This document shows positions 1 to 14,436 of a DNA stretch of 64,000 nt, piece by piece. Both the position numbers and the translations under genes were made by a program. Below the pieces are notes generated by a model. The model was not told the DNA's origin and ran no database searches. It saw only the letters and a list, made by a program, of their open reading frames with translations. Every line of letters begins with the position of its first letter. The stretch's first letter is position 1. Source of the stretch: the human T2T-CHM13v2.0 reference genome, Homo sapiens; assembly GCF_009914755.1 (NCBI RefSeq), contig NC_060933.1; one strand, 5' to 3'.

Positions 1-16
1 ACACACACACACACAC
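1..16. repeat. (CA)n microsatellite, truncated by window edge
   Basis: acacacacacacacac at the window start. Confidence 0.95.
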
Positions 17-478
17 AATTTTCTTCCAGAAGTTTTTTATTTCTTCATTGGAAACAAATTTTTTTCTTATAATATTTTGTACTTAAGCTTACCATGACTG
101 AGAAATAATTTTTTTCAGCTAGTTAGCGCTGATGATGTCATCTGGGGGAATAATTGAACCAAAATACTTGAACACCTATTATATGAGAGTTTCATATCAA
201 ACAACTACAAATGATTGAGGGAAGAAAATCATAAACATTATTAGAACTTTAATTTCAAAAAATAGAAATTCATGAAATTAAGAATACATTGAATTTTAAT
301 TTCCAAGAATGCATATTTGGAAATCATATTTTTGAAAGAATAACTTCAATGTTATAAGAGAAATCTAGTGATAAGTAGCTACTTTTGAAATATGAGTTTT
401 ATATATATTATAGAGCCTTGATTTTATACAGGACTGAAATATTCTTGTGCTGTCAATTTTCAGATTCTGCTAGTTAAA

Positions 479-518
479 ATGAGGAAAGTGCAGCTGGTCA
501 TAGTCATTCTCTTATTAG
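479..518 (+). CDS. Candidate first coding exon (exon 464-518) encoding a signal-peptide-like N-terminus MRKVQLVIVILLL, phase 1
   Basis: Acceptor tcaattttcag|464; ATG at 479 with A at -3; donor TAG|GTAAGA at 519; basic residues followed by a hydrophobic run. Confidence 0.5.
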
Positions 519-1473
519 GTAAGAAAATTATTTTTCCACAATAATCTTACTTAGTCTAATCCAGATTTGAGCTAAGAAATGGAGCTGAGAGTGTGCATTT
601 TAGATTAAGGTTTGGCACAGTGTTATTCAACTATGCTTTGGGTTTACAGATTGGCAGCTATTCCCATTATCACTGTAGGAACAAGCAATGGATAAAGAAG
701 TTAGGGCTGAGTGTGGAGAAAAAGAAGTCTAGGTCTTAAAGGAATATGAATGGTATGCTAAAAAGCTAGCACTTTACTCTGAAGTCATTCAAGGTTTCTG
801 AGCAGGATGATGTGACCTAACATTGCTGTCCTATGATGCACTGCTCTATGCCTAGTCAAAGAGAAATTTTAAAGATAATTCTCGTAACAGGAAAGCTTTC
901 TTCTCCTGTTTACTAAGCATCAATGATGAAGCTTCATTATTTGTCAATTCCACAGGAAAAACTGTCAAATTTACTGTCACCTTCAGCCTTGTCATTCTAT
1001 AAATATTTTCTTTTGACAAGGAGATACATATGTAAAGAAGAGCAGTGCTTTTCTGCTGGGCTCTGCAAATATACTAATACACCATAATATTTAATTTGAC
1101 AGTATAAAATACAATTGAAGCTTTATATTTAACATCAGTAAGAAAAATATTATATCCAGGAAGAAAAAAGAATAGCTTTGTTTGTGAAAATATGTTTTCT
1201 AGGGATCTCCTTTTTTTGAAAGATAGGAGAAAAACGTGATCAGCCAACCATTCATCAGGGACTTATTTTGTTGGAGGATACTCTAGGTGTTTTGTTTCTA
1301 CTTCCTCTTCCTCCTCCTACAAACATTTAGCTATTTACTCAATGTACTTGTAGTAAAAAGAAACAACACACCAATGAGTCCACTTATTCTACTTTTTCCC
1401 TACTCTGGCTAAAGTATCGTAGAAGAGAAGTATGAATCATTTAGAGTGAACATCTGGGGCTTTGTTTTTCCAG

Positions 1474-1535
1474 GTTTTTGCTGTCCCCCATTACTGGGGA
1501 AAAGAGAATTGGCTTCAAGTATCCCTGGGCATCAG
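1474..1535 (+). CDS. Candidate coding exon 2, (G)FCCPPLLGKRELASSIPGHQ, phase 1 to 0
   Basis: Acceptor ctttgtttttccag|; donor CAG|GTATTT; open in the frame required by the previous exon. Confidence 0.48.
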
Positions 1536-2009
1536 GTATTTCCAAAGAAAAAGAAACTAGATATGCAGCTCCTAGATATTAGAAGCTAGTAAATAACAGG
1601 GAAGATTTTATTATAGGACAAAAACAATGCAGGATATATGTGGTAAATATGTAATTGGCAAATAAAATCGTTCATTTTAAAATAGTCATGCAATCAGTAA
1701 GCAACTAAAATTTTATGTCAAACTTGAAATTCTTGCACCAGTTCTCAGAATCAAATATTAATGATTTACGCGACCATCAGTATTCTGACTAGTCCGCTCT
1801 CTAATTAAAGATAAAGCTTAGCATCTACTAATGTCTTTCATAATTAGAAAAACTATTTAAAGGGAACTTATCTCTTGCATCTAAAATCTTACTACCTAAA
1901 TTCAAAAAAAATCATGGACAAAATATAGGCAGTGGTTTAATCCACATGTAAAGTAAAATGTTCTCACCAGTTAGTGAATTTAAAATATTGCTTGACACTA
2001 ACAGAGAAA

Positions 2010-2205
2010 AGCGATAATTTGAAACTGAGTTTGAAATTCAGACTAACTTGATTTTAACTCTTTCTTACAAATTATGTAATCTTGAGTAAATTATTTAACC
2101 TCTGTGACCAATTGTTTCTCCTCAGTGGGAATAATATAGCGTAAGGTTTTTGTGATCCTTACATGCCACAATGTACATAAATAACACTATATTATATACA
2201 TTGGT
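2010..2205 (+). mobile_element. MIR (degenerate)
   Basis: MIR core-like tgtaatcttgagtaaattatttaacctctgtga...gtttctcctc. Confidence 0.7.
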
Positions 2206-2413
2206 TTATTTCCTTCCTGTTAAAATACAGATTTTATAACTGCATACTGCAGGGTAAAATTTATGCTTTGTGTGGAAAAAAGTACTCTTATGAAACTTGA
2301 TTCATATTTTCTATTACTTCTTTCTTTACACGTAGAATATTTTGCTGGAACATATAAAGGAATCTGCTGACATCCATTCCATTCACTTTCTATTATAACT
2401 TTTGTATTCTCAG

Positions 2414-2464
2414 AGTACACACCCATGGGAGAAGTATACTCCCCAGGAGGCTATCTATTTGTGA
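2414..2464 (+). CDS. Candidate coding exon 3, STHPWEKYTPQEAIY(L); either spliced at 2460 (phase 2) or read through to TGA 2462-2464
   Basis: Acceptor ataacttttgtattctcag|; donor TTT|GTGAGC at 2461; open in phase 0. Confidence 0.42.
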   Translation, partial: STHPWEKYTPQEAIYL

Positions 2465-2689
2465 GCAGATGCAACATCTTATTTCTCACTAAATGAAAAT
2501 CATGTAAATATAAAGATGAAATACATGTTGTTCAAGGTTAGCTACCTGAAAAGGTCATGGACACTCACTGTACTCCTTTTTCTTTTATGTATATACCTTA
2601 CTAGTTCTGACTTCAGCTTCTGACTTTGGAATTTACTGCATTAAAAAAAAGAAACTTGATGTCTTCCTCTTAAAACCACACTGTTTGCA

Positions 2690-3090
2690 TTACTGCTGTT
2701 AGTATTAACTAACTGTTTTAGCAAGCACCTCCTGATCTCAGTGACTTAATATGATTGTTGCTTATTTTTACTGATATTACAGTGTGTGTCAGAAAGCTTT
2801 CTTCCAACTGGAGACTCGGGAATCCAGTATGCTTCCATCTGATACATCTGGCATCTTCATCGTAAGGCTTTCAAAATCTATGTGGACAAGATAATAGAAT
2901 GTCAAGTATCAAGCATGGTTTTCAAGGATGTGCTTGTACATGATAGGCATTAATTTGGCCAACATAACTTTGGCCAGAACTTCATCACATGACCCCAACA
3001 TAACTACAAAGGATGTAGGCAAATGTAGCCTTTATGTATGCCAGTAGGGAGATCACATATTTGGTGAAAACACAGTATTGTCTCTGCTAT
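2690..3090 (-). mobile_element. Old MaLR LTR (MLT1J/K/L-like)
   Basis: tcacatgaccccaacataactacaaaggatgtaggcaaatgtagc...tttggtgaaaacacagtattgtctctgc resembles the MLT1 terminus. Confidence 0.65.
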
Positions 3091-3140
3091 GCTATCTAAA
3101 TTGATGTCTGTGCTCCTTTAGGTATGTGTGCTCCATGAAG

Positions 3141-3412
3141 TTTATTTATTTATTTTTTTCTGAGATGGAATCTCACTCACTCACAATCTCGGCTCACTGC
3201 ATACTGGGTTCAAGTGATTCTCCTGCCTCAGCCTCCCGAGTAGCCGGGATTACAGGTGCGTGCCACCATGCCCGGCTAATTTTTGTATTTTTAGTAGAGA
3301 CAGAGTTTCCCCATGTTGGCCAGGCTGGTCTCAAGCTACTGACTTCAAGTGATTTGCCCACCTTGGCCTCCCAAAGCGCTGGGATTACAGGCGTGAGCCA
3401 CTGCGCCCAGCC
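3141..3412 (-). mobile_element. AluS with two internal deletions in the right arm
   Basis: Antisense Alu consensus; lacks the tgtcgcccaggctggagtgcagtgg and acctccgcctc segments. Confidence 0.92.
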
Positions 3413-3576
3413 AAATGTGCATCACTAGTGTCTAGAACAGGGCTGTAATATGTATGTGGTATATGTAAAATAATGAAATACAAGCTACAAGTAAAACAAA
3501 AGATAATTGTGTGGCAATCAAAGGAAACACATATTGTTGTGTCCAGTAATATAATTATATAAATGCTAGAGTTTAA

Positions 3577-3913
<337 letters not shown>

Positions 3914-4234
3914 AATATGCACTATTATAATGTTGTCTACATGAGATGGATGAACAGTGTAATCTTGGATGTTATGGTCAAAGAGAAGTGTTTAGAAGCC
4001 TTACATAGTATTATTGAGATGTATTACTTTTTATTGTGAAGAAATTTACAACAACAAATCTAGAATTCTGTTTTCCATTGGAAAATAAAAACTGAATTGC
4101 TTTGATTTTATATGTATTTACTTATACATGCTTACATTAGTTTAAACAGAGACAAAATAACTTACAGACATATGTACACATGTATGTATACACACACACA
4201 CACACAGAGGCACAAACGAGATATAAAAGCACAA

Positions 4235-4395
4235 GCCAGGCATGATGGTGTGCACCTGAAGCACCAGCAACTCAGGAAGCTGAGGCAGAAAGATCCCTGA
4301 GGTCAGTAGTTCCGGACTACAGTGCACTATAATCATGCCTGTGAATATCTACTGCACTCCATCCTGAGCAACATAACAAGACCCAGTCTCTAAAA
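4235..4395 (+). mobile_element. FAM (fossil Alu monomer)
   Basis: Monomer with FAM-specific cagtgcactataatcatgcctgtgaatatctactgcactcc segment. Confidence 0.85.
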
Positions 4396-5699
4396 TACAG
4401 GCTATATAAAATTTTTAAAAACTTAAAAATAAAAACATGTCGGGTTAGAATTGGTGTCTATTGATTTTTAGAGCAACTATTTTCAATATGCAGAATCATT
4501 CACCATCAAAGTATTTTCCCTAGTCCCTAAAAATGGTTTTTAGTTATAAACGTCATAAAATTGCTTATAAACAGATGTTAAATTCACCTTTCCCAGTCAA
4601 ACCTAGATGAATATTTGGATTCAGAAGAAATGGTTATATTTAGTGTCTAGAGTTTAATAAGAATTGCATAAATTGATAGCTATTTGATGACAGAAGATAC
4701 ATTGTAAATGGATAGATGGATTAATGGTTAGATGGAAGGATAGCTAGCTTGGTTGATAGATATAGATAGATGCTTGGTAAAATGAAGAAGTAAGCCATTT
4801 TGAAATAAATTTTGATTGACTGCAAAAAAGAAAATTAAATATAAAAGTGCTGCAACTGTTGAGACCACAGTGAGTGATCATACGGTATTGTGTAAAGTAT
4901 TCCCTGACCAGGTCATAGACCTAGCCTCCTAGTGGTGCTATGTGATTATTTGTAAGATGTAAAATCAAATGCTATAAATCTATTAACCAATATTTTCTAG
5001 AACTCAAAGCCCAAATTATAACTTTGCTAGACATGTATTTCTGCTTCTTTTGTAAGAACAGATGGTTTTCCTTTTTAAGTATATTCTTAGATATTCTTTT
5101 AATTGGCTGTTTAAAGGTAATGAGGACTCACAACTTGATATGCTGAGTTAGCAAGGAAATGCAGCTGGTCTTTCTCATACAGACAAGTAGCAGGGGCTCC
5201 AGTGGTGATATGCAAAAGCATTGTTTCCTTCACAGTGCCATCTTTTATATCCCACATTTTAGTAGTCTCACATATAATTTTGATGTTAGTTAAGATTTTT
5301 AACCAAAGTGTGCAACTTTTAAAAATTATGAGTAAAGAAAAAACTTAAAGAGCAAGAAATCTTTTGCTTTATCTTAGTAAATTTTACTTATGTGTCTTTA
5401 AGTTCTACCTGAGCAATTTCTCCTAGTGGTTCTTAAAAATCTCTTTCAACTCATTATAAACTTACGGACTATCACTAACACTATTTTACAAAATAACCCT
5501 GTGTCTCATTTCAATTAAAAGGTCTGGAGTATACGGGATAAACTTTAAAATGTCCCTCTTACCCACTCTGTAATATTATATCTCCTTTTGTTCTTGTCTT
5601 GTAGGAATCAAGGGCATAAAATTACCTAAATGGCCACAAGATAAAATGCTACTTCCTTTGTAGTCTTTCACTTCTTTTATTTGTCTCTGGCTTGTGCTA

Positions 5700-6900
5700 T
5701 TGTACTTTTTCCAACAACAACTATAGCAAATCTTCATGTGACATCTTGAATTCTCATTTTACCCTTGATTATCTTTCTTTCTGCTTCACAGAGAAAATAC
5801 AGTATATTGGGCAGGATAAATTCAACACAATATGCTGCTCAAATGCACTCTTTTCCTACATCTTGCATTAGACCTTATTAGAATCATTTATTGCTGTTGT
5901 CCAACCCATTTCGTTTTTCACTCTCTCCCATGTATACCTATATGTTGATGATTCCCACAATGCATTCCTAAACTAAATTTATTTTATGTATGCAGCACAT
6001 ATTTCCAACTCACTGTAAGACTTGTTTACCTGGATGCTTTATGGTCTACAAAAATTCAGCAAGTCCAAATCAATATATTTTCCCAGAATTATCGCTACTA
6101 ATCTAAGTTAATGTAAACATTATTTAGTCAAGTCACACAAGGAGGAGAAAAAAACTACAACAAACAATTCAGCATCAAACTGTTAATTCTCTCACCTCCC
6201 AACATGAAATTCATCATAAATATTTCTCAGACTTACCTTTTCCCTTCTAATGCAATCTTAATTCAAGCCCTCATTACTGTTAATATAATTTTTTCAACAG
6301 TTATCTCACTGTTTTTTTCTGTTTCTGTTATTATCCACTCTCAATACAACTTCCTGCACAGACTCACTGATCTTTCTAAATATGCAAAACATTGTAGAAT
6401 CTCTCTAATTATAATCTTTCAATGATGGGGCTTAGTCTGTGAAATAATTTCAAAATACTTTGTAGACCCTGCTTAATTTACCAAACTCTATCCTAATATT
6501 GGGAGACTTGGGACTTCTCAAATAGCTATACTCCATTGTAACTCCCAGCCATTGCAGAAGCTCCTCTCTCTATTTAGATTACCTCTACTCTTGCCTCTAA
6601 GTCACGAATATCTCTTTATTTATTCTTTAAGATTTAGCTCAACTGCAGCCTCATCTGGAATCCTTTCTCGTTCACTCCCCTCTTTACAACAGGCAGACTT
6701 AGAGACAGTTTCCTATACATATTTATAACTTGTATATGTGTCTTCAAAATAACACATCATATTATACTATAATTATTTCTTTTGTTTCTGTCTTACCTGG
6801 TATATGTACTCAGTATAGATTTGTACATTCAGTATCTAGCACAGTCCTGGAAACATAATAGGTACTCAGTGAATTCCTGTAGAATAATTCATGATTGAAT
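5700..6900 (+). mobile_element. L2 fragments including 3' end
   Basis: 3' end cagtatctagcacagtcctggaaacataataggtactcagtgaat; pyrimidine-rich L2 body. Confidence 0.75.
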
Positions 6901-6958
6901 TATTTCTTCTCCTAGAACTGATTATATAAATTTTTATTGCTTGTTCTTACATTATTAT

Positions 6959-7011
6959 TGTGTGTGTGTGTGTATATATATATAAATATATATATATATA
7001 TGTATATATAT
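6959..7011. repeat. (TG)n(TA)n compound microsatellite
   Basis: Direct inspection. Confidence 0.9.
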
Positions 7012-7129
7012 CCTATATTATTATGCTATTGTAGTTTCCTACCGGCTGGAGATTTCCTCTATATTTAGACTAGAATTACATTTCTACTACCTTGAACTAC
7101 CATATTTCTGAAAATAAGAGTCTATCATT

Positions 7130-8322
7130 ACTGAGTCTTCTGCCTTACTCCTCACTCAATCATTAGTCCTTGAAATAGATTTTTACCTTATCATTTAGCT
7201 GGTATTTCTATTCTGAAAGTCACTAATGACTCCCTAATTGCCAAATATTTTCCCATTTCTCACCTTGCTCGAACTTAATGTGACATTTGATAATGTTAAC
7301 TGTTTTCTATTCTTGGACTTTTTATTTTTTGTCTTTGAGGCTTTATACTATTCTTGTTCTTTATTTCTCTAACTTCCTAGTTCCTCTCTGCTCCTCTATC
7401 ACCAAGAAAATATTTCGCAGTTTGTGCCTTCTTTCTGTTTGTCTCAACATTCACGACATCTGATATCATTTAGTTTCCTATATAACATGAGTGGCATAAA
7501 ATATGTCTTTATACTGTATTTGTTGTTTATGCCTTTTTGGGTATCATGTTGGTATCAGAACGTCAACATTTCTGAAACAAGGATGTTATCTTGTCTCATA
7601 AATACCACATTTTTTCTTCCTTATTTCAATTAATGATGCTGCATTACCCTTCCTACTGTGACATGAACCTGGAACACAGACATATCTTGACATGACTATT
7701 TCATATGACACTGATGCAGTTAATTTCTCACTCCTATAAGGTTCCCCTCAGTATGCATATTTTTCACACTTGAGAACAGAAAATTTCCAATTTTCCCTCA
7801 TTTTGCTATCTATTTCAGACTCCTTTTCACTCTAGCTTTCCTCTATATGTAATTTATATCTCCTATTTAATGTAACACTTCTAATTTCTGTCTGCCATAA
7901 ATTTATATAAGATCACTTTATAAATAAACTTACAAAGTTTTATAACTCTTTATATTTACTCATTTTTATCAGTCTGAAATACTCTTCATTCATTCTTTAT
8001 CTGTTAAAATTCTTCCAAATTTGAAAGGTCTAGCTGAGAGCCCATCATCTCAGATTCCTTCAGGTAGAATTTCTCCAGGATCTCAGTCCCAGCAATAGCT
8101 CCTGTTAAACTCTATTTATCACTTAAGTCATTTGATTTGTTTTACTAAAAATCACTGATGTGCCTTTCTGTAATTTAATACCAGTAATATTTGAGACCTG
8201 TTTTGTTCATCTCACCCTCACTTACTAGACTTACTGGAGGTAAGAAACTGTGTTTTATTTCTCCTATGATTGGGATTAGCACAAAATAAACATTTCCTGA
8301 ATATTCACTGAATGAATGAATT
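7130..8322 (+). mobile_element. L2 fragment (ORF2 remnant to 3' end)
   Basis: gtcactaatgactccctaattgccaaat...catttgataatgttaac RT-region remnant; ends ...ctgaatgaatgaa. Confidence 0.7.
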
Positions 8323-8569
8323 AATTATAATCTCTGGAAACTAGCTCAGTACTTTGGAAATAAGATATAAGTATGTTGATTTGAAATTTAGAGTATTACA
8401 TAGATAACACCAAACCAAAAGTGTTGCATGTTTTTGTGTAAAAGAACAGCCTGATACATTAAAGATAATATTAAAGATACATTGATCTTTAATATTGCAG
8501 TGGATTTAAAGACATTTTGAAATAACTAAGATCAATATCATGCTTATTGTATTATTTTACATTGTTGCC

Positions 8570-8795
8570 ATTTATTGAGTGCTAACATGTCAGGCACTAT
8601 GTTAAACACGAAACACATGATATTATTTCATTCATATAGAAACTACAGAATATTAGTAGACACAAAGTTTTGTTAATATTTTTACCGATGAAGACTCCGT
8701 GGTTACACAATGAGTAAATGTTGTAGTAGGAATTCAAAGGATTCTGTCTGCTTCAAAATTCTAAGCTCTTAGCCAGTGCATGCTATTGTCTCCCA
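8570..8795 (-). mobile_element. MIR
   Basis: tttattgagtgctaacatgtcaggcactatgttaaac...attttaccgatgaagact. Confidence 0.75.
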
Positions 8796-9239
8796 CTTTG
8801 CATGTAAACTCCAAATGTGCTTTAGTTTTTTCTGACACAAAATAAATGGAAATGTTCTTTGTGAGTCATTCATTCAAGTACCATCGCTTGCCCTTTTCCT
8901 GATAATGGCATGATTCAGAACTTTTAATAATGATTATAATTAAGCAATGATATCATTGCCCCTCTGTTTTATGAGACAATAATGCAATTCCTAAATGGCT
9001 AAACTAGAAGGCCAAAGGCAGAGCAGTTTATCACAGCTAGAGAATCAGATTACTGCTGAGCAAAAAAGAGAGCCTTGATATTATTACTATATAAAGCATG
9101 TGTGAGGGTTAATAGCCCTCTATCCAAATTTTTAAAAATATTATACAGACAATATTTAAAACAGAAAGGAAGGACACTGTTTCCATTGGATATATCTGCT
9201 AAATGCTCTTTGTATGATGGAGAAAAATTACTTCCCTCA

Positions 9240-9340
9240 AATAGAGCAGTTGACTTAGAGTCAAGATAATTCAGACCTTTCTTACCTGCTATATTCATTA
9301 AGTCATTTAACTTCACTGAAATTCAGTTCCCATGTTAAAG
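9240..9340 (+). mobile_element. MIR fragment
   Basis: aagtcatttaacttcactgaaattcagttccc core. Confidence 0.55.
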
Positions 9341-10214
9341 CAACAGACTCCTTGTTCTACTATTCTATAATTAAATAAGTCAAAAAGATCTTTTAATTCA
9401 TGTTTGATAATGGAAAGAAATATGTGCATTTATTTGATCACTCTCAGTTTTCCTATATATATGAACAAACGAAGTATTCCACTACATTGGTACATAGTAC
9501 ATGTTAGAAAAGAGACATTTCCATTTTCTACTCTAAAAAGGTACAACTTAATGCTTCTCACTTTCTTACCTCCTACACAGTCAAGTTAAAAAGAACTTCC
9601 ATACATAGGTTTCTTCCTAAGAATTTGTCACACAGTGGCTGATTGGCATGTCAGACTTTCAAAAATATTAGACATTCTCACTTATTTTAACCACTGGTTT
9701 GTGAATTTATATTAAAACTGTCTTTACTTCCTAAAACATCTAAAATCTACAAGACTGACCACAGCTATTTGAAACATATTATAGCAAAAATGCATACATG
9801 CACCTATCTAAAACTTGTTTTTAAAACTGGAGTCCAATTTCCAATATGTATACCTGAAATCAATAATTAAAACACTGTATTTAAAACTGCAGGGAACTAT
9901 GTGCATGGCTATAACAACTAATATATTGTCTTAAGGGAAAAACCATGATTGTGTATAATACAGTGAATTTGACTTTTTAAATAACAGTGGCATGAAGAGC
10001 AGAGAGTAAACATCACTGCCATGAGATTAAAATTTCCCTTTATTTTATAAATTACTGCAAAATATCTAGGAATTGTTTTGATATTTCATTTGAAAATTCA
10101 ACTAAGTAATTCTAGATGATATAACTAGAAATAAAAATCAACTAGCTTCAAACTAATGTAAAAAGTTAAACAAGGCTTTTGACCGATTTTTATTAGTTAA
10201 CTATTTTGCAACTA

Positions 10215-10554
10215 TTGATGCTCCTCGATTTCCTTTGGGATTACATCCTGATAAACTCTTCTTAAATGTAAAATAACGTAAGTCAAAATGCATTGGATAC
10301 ACCTAACCTACAGAACATTATAGCTTAGCCTAGCTTTCATTAGCCTACAGTTGGAAAAAAACGCATTCAATACAAAGCCTATTTTATAATAAAGCAGTCA
10401 ATATCACATGTAATCTATTGAATACTGTACTGAAAGTGAATATCAGAATGGTTGTATGGGCACTTGAAGTACAGTTTCTCCTGACTGTGTATTGCTTTTG
10501 CATAATCCTCAAGTAAAAAAAAAACATAAACAATCATAAGTTGGGGATCATCTA
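10215..10554 (+). mobile_element. MER47A-like Tigger (TcMar) non-autonomous DNA transposon
   Basis: gatgctcctcga...cataagttggggatcatct terminal inverted repeats; TA on both sides; body matches recalled consensus. Confidence 0.85.
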
Positions 10555-10737
10555 TACATAGATATAATCTTAAAAAATTATACTTTTTATCATTTACATG
10601 GCTTTAGAAAATAAAATATCTTTCTTATATCCCTTATTTTCAACCATGTGCTACTACCAAAGTACGATCCACAACGCCATCCAGATTTCCAGATTCCGTG
10701 CATGTCTTCTTGAAATACATCGACATTTTTAGAATGA

Positions 10738-11255
10738 CAATGGGGTTCAGCACATGCTATCTTCAAAAATGGCACATTGGCATTTGAGACAGCAGCAGAA
10801 ACAAGAAGGTCTCTCTGACTTTCTCCTACTCTTCTCCCCTAAGCAAGCCATAAAGAATTATCTGCCCTTTCTCTAAAGTAGGTCATAAATGTTTCATTTG
10901 AATGGTGCCCTCTCTATACACTGAGGAAAGGAAAGTCCTTATCTCTGCAGATACAGGGACACAGAAGATAATCTGAACAAATCCGCCTTCCTAAATTCCC
11001 CCAGTTTATTACCATTAGATTGTATCCCCTTTGTCCAATCATACTTCTGCATGGCTGTTCACTCTTCAATCTAAGCACAAAAATACACAGATGTCCCTAT
11101 TTCTTGGGGTCTTCATTTCCTCATGTAGTTTCCCATCTCGTATAAAAATTATATAATAAATTTGTATGCTTTGTCATGTTAGTCTCTTCTCACAGGTGCC
11201 TCAGTCAGGAACCTTGTAATGGGTGAGAAAAAAAAATTACATTTTTTTTCCTACA
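10738..11255 (+). mobile_element. ERV1 solo LTR, MER34/MER39 group
   Basis: tggggttcagcacatgctatcttcaaaaatggcac... ending ...ttcctaca. Confidence 0.8.
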
Positions 11256-12008
11256 ATGGCATGCAACTCCCTCGTATGGTCTATGCCAAGAGTCAGGAAA
11301 GTATGCCACATGGGCCAAATAAATAAATAAATCTTTATTGAAATGAATCTCCATTCATTAGGTTATGTTAATCTATGACTGCTTCACTACTATTGATGGG
11401 GCACAGAAAATGATATCCCAAAATATGGCACTTTGTCATGCTAAATGCTTTGAATTAAAGAACACTGAAAAGCCTCAGAACTAAGCCTCAGAACTAAGGT
11501 CTCTCTCTGACTGTCTCCCACCCATCCGCCCTAGCCTCACTGATCCATCTTTTTTTTTTTTTTTCCTGAGCACCAGGAAGAACTCTTTCTGGAATTCTTT
11601 TATATTATCAAGAAAGCTTCTTTCCAAAAAGAAATGCAATTATCTTAACACCTCTTACCTAGGAATCGCATGAAATAACCAGGAAAGTTTAACCACTGGA
11701 GAAGAGAGGGGATTGGGAGTCACCACTATGCCCAGACTTTTCATCTATTTTCCTGAGGGCAGCTTCAAGAGGTAACCTGGGGTACTGTACCTGCATAATA
11801 AGACAACCTTCGTTCACAATGCAGTCCTGCATCTCATCCCCCTATACCTTGTCCACAAGTTACTGTTTGTCCTAGAGTCCCATTCAGCCTCCAAAGTGAA
11901 TCATTTAAAAACCACTTTCTAGTCTTCAAGCTCATTCATTTACAGCACCAACAAATTCCTCTGCCCAGTGAAAAGTACTTAAGCTTCAACTATCTGACCC
12001 TTCTATGA

Positions 12009-12781
<773 letters not shown>

Positions 12782-13218
12782 CTTATGCATGTTAATAAAT
12801 TTGTATGTTTTTCTCTTGTTAACTTGTCTTTTGTTATAGAGGTATAGGTGGTGAAATTTATGATACGAAGGATCACCCTCTTTCCACCCCATACTATAAT
12901 GGCAGAGTTATGTAGCTGTGGGACAGACTGCGTAACCCTCTAAATCTAAATATTTATTTCTTTGGTCCTTTACAAAACTGTTGGCTAGACTCTGTTCTAG
13001 GCCAAAACTCCTATTTCAATTTGATATTTTGTCTCCTATTTCTTAAAATCTTATCAAAATCACTTGTAGGAGTCTAAAATTATGCCATTTCCTTTTTCTT
13101 TTCTACACTTTAGCATAGGCAAATAGCTTTAACAACAGTGGACCTCTTCCATTCCTCAACATCAAAAATCATCCTCCTTTTAAAGGCGTAAGTCAAATTT
13201 CACCCCAATCTCTGTTCA

Positions 13219-13612
<394 letters not shown>

Positions 13613-13875
13613 GGAATTGTTTTTGCATGTGTCTCATATCCCTTACATATTCATTAACTATTAAATAGTCTTTGTTGGAAATTACTAATATAATTATCAC
13701 TATGAGATCCTTGTACATAAGAGCTAATTTTTAGAGGTGATAGGTATTTTAGGGTTCACAGTATTTACAGTTGAAGAAGCATAGAAAATGCACATAGATT
13801 GCATGATATATAAAACAATTGAAGGAAGGGGGAAAGAACTGTGGAGGGAGCTATAGGAGGTATGCACAATATATA

Positions 13876-14436
13876 TGTCTCACGTATCTGTGTGAAGAGA
13901 CCACCAGACAGGCTTGGGTTGGTTGGTCTGAGGACCCGAGGTCATAGGTGGATCTCTTCACGGAGTGAGGGTGAGGACAGGGGACAGGTCTCCCGAAGGA
14001 GTCCCGCTGACCCGGGTCGTCGGCACCAAATGTCTCACGTGTCCGTGTGAAGAGACCACCAAACAGGCTTTGTGTGAGCAACAAGGCTGTTTATTTCACC
14101 TGGGTGCAGGCGGGCTGAGTCCGAAAAAGGAGTCAGCAAAGGGTGGTGGGATTATCATTAGTTCTCATAGGTTTAGGATAGGTGTACAAAGTACCTTCTT
14201 AAGGGCGTAGGGGGGAGGCAGGGGAGGGGAAGAATATTACAAAGTACCTTCTTAAGGGTGGGGGAGAATATATGTATCAGTTAAGGTAGGGCAGGAACAA
14301 ATCACAATGGTGGAATGTCATCAGTCAAGGCTATTTTCACTTCTTTTGTGGATCTTCAGTTGCTTCAGGCCATCTGGATGTATACATGCAGGTCACAGGA
14401 GATATGATGGCTTAGCTTGGGCTCAGAGGCTTGACA
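13876..14436 (-). mobile_element. Internally deleted HERV-H provirus: LTR7-family 5' LTR (14031-14436), PBS/leader (13916-14030) and the last ~40 bp of the 3' LTR (13876-13915)
   Basis: LTR7-type ends (tgtcaagcctctgagcccaagc...gtgagaca on minus); LTR end present twice; PBS TGGTGCCG...; 5-bp TSD atata. Confidence 0.9.

Noticed and set aside
1760-1790. C-box/D-box-like pair (ATGATT...CTGA)
   Set aside because: Too short for a C/D snoRNA, imperfect C box, no convincing terminal stem.
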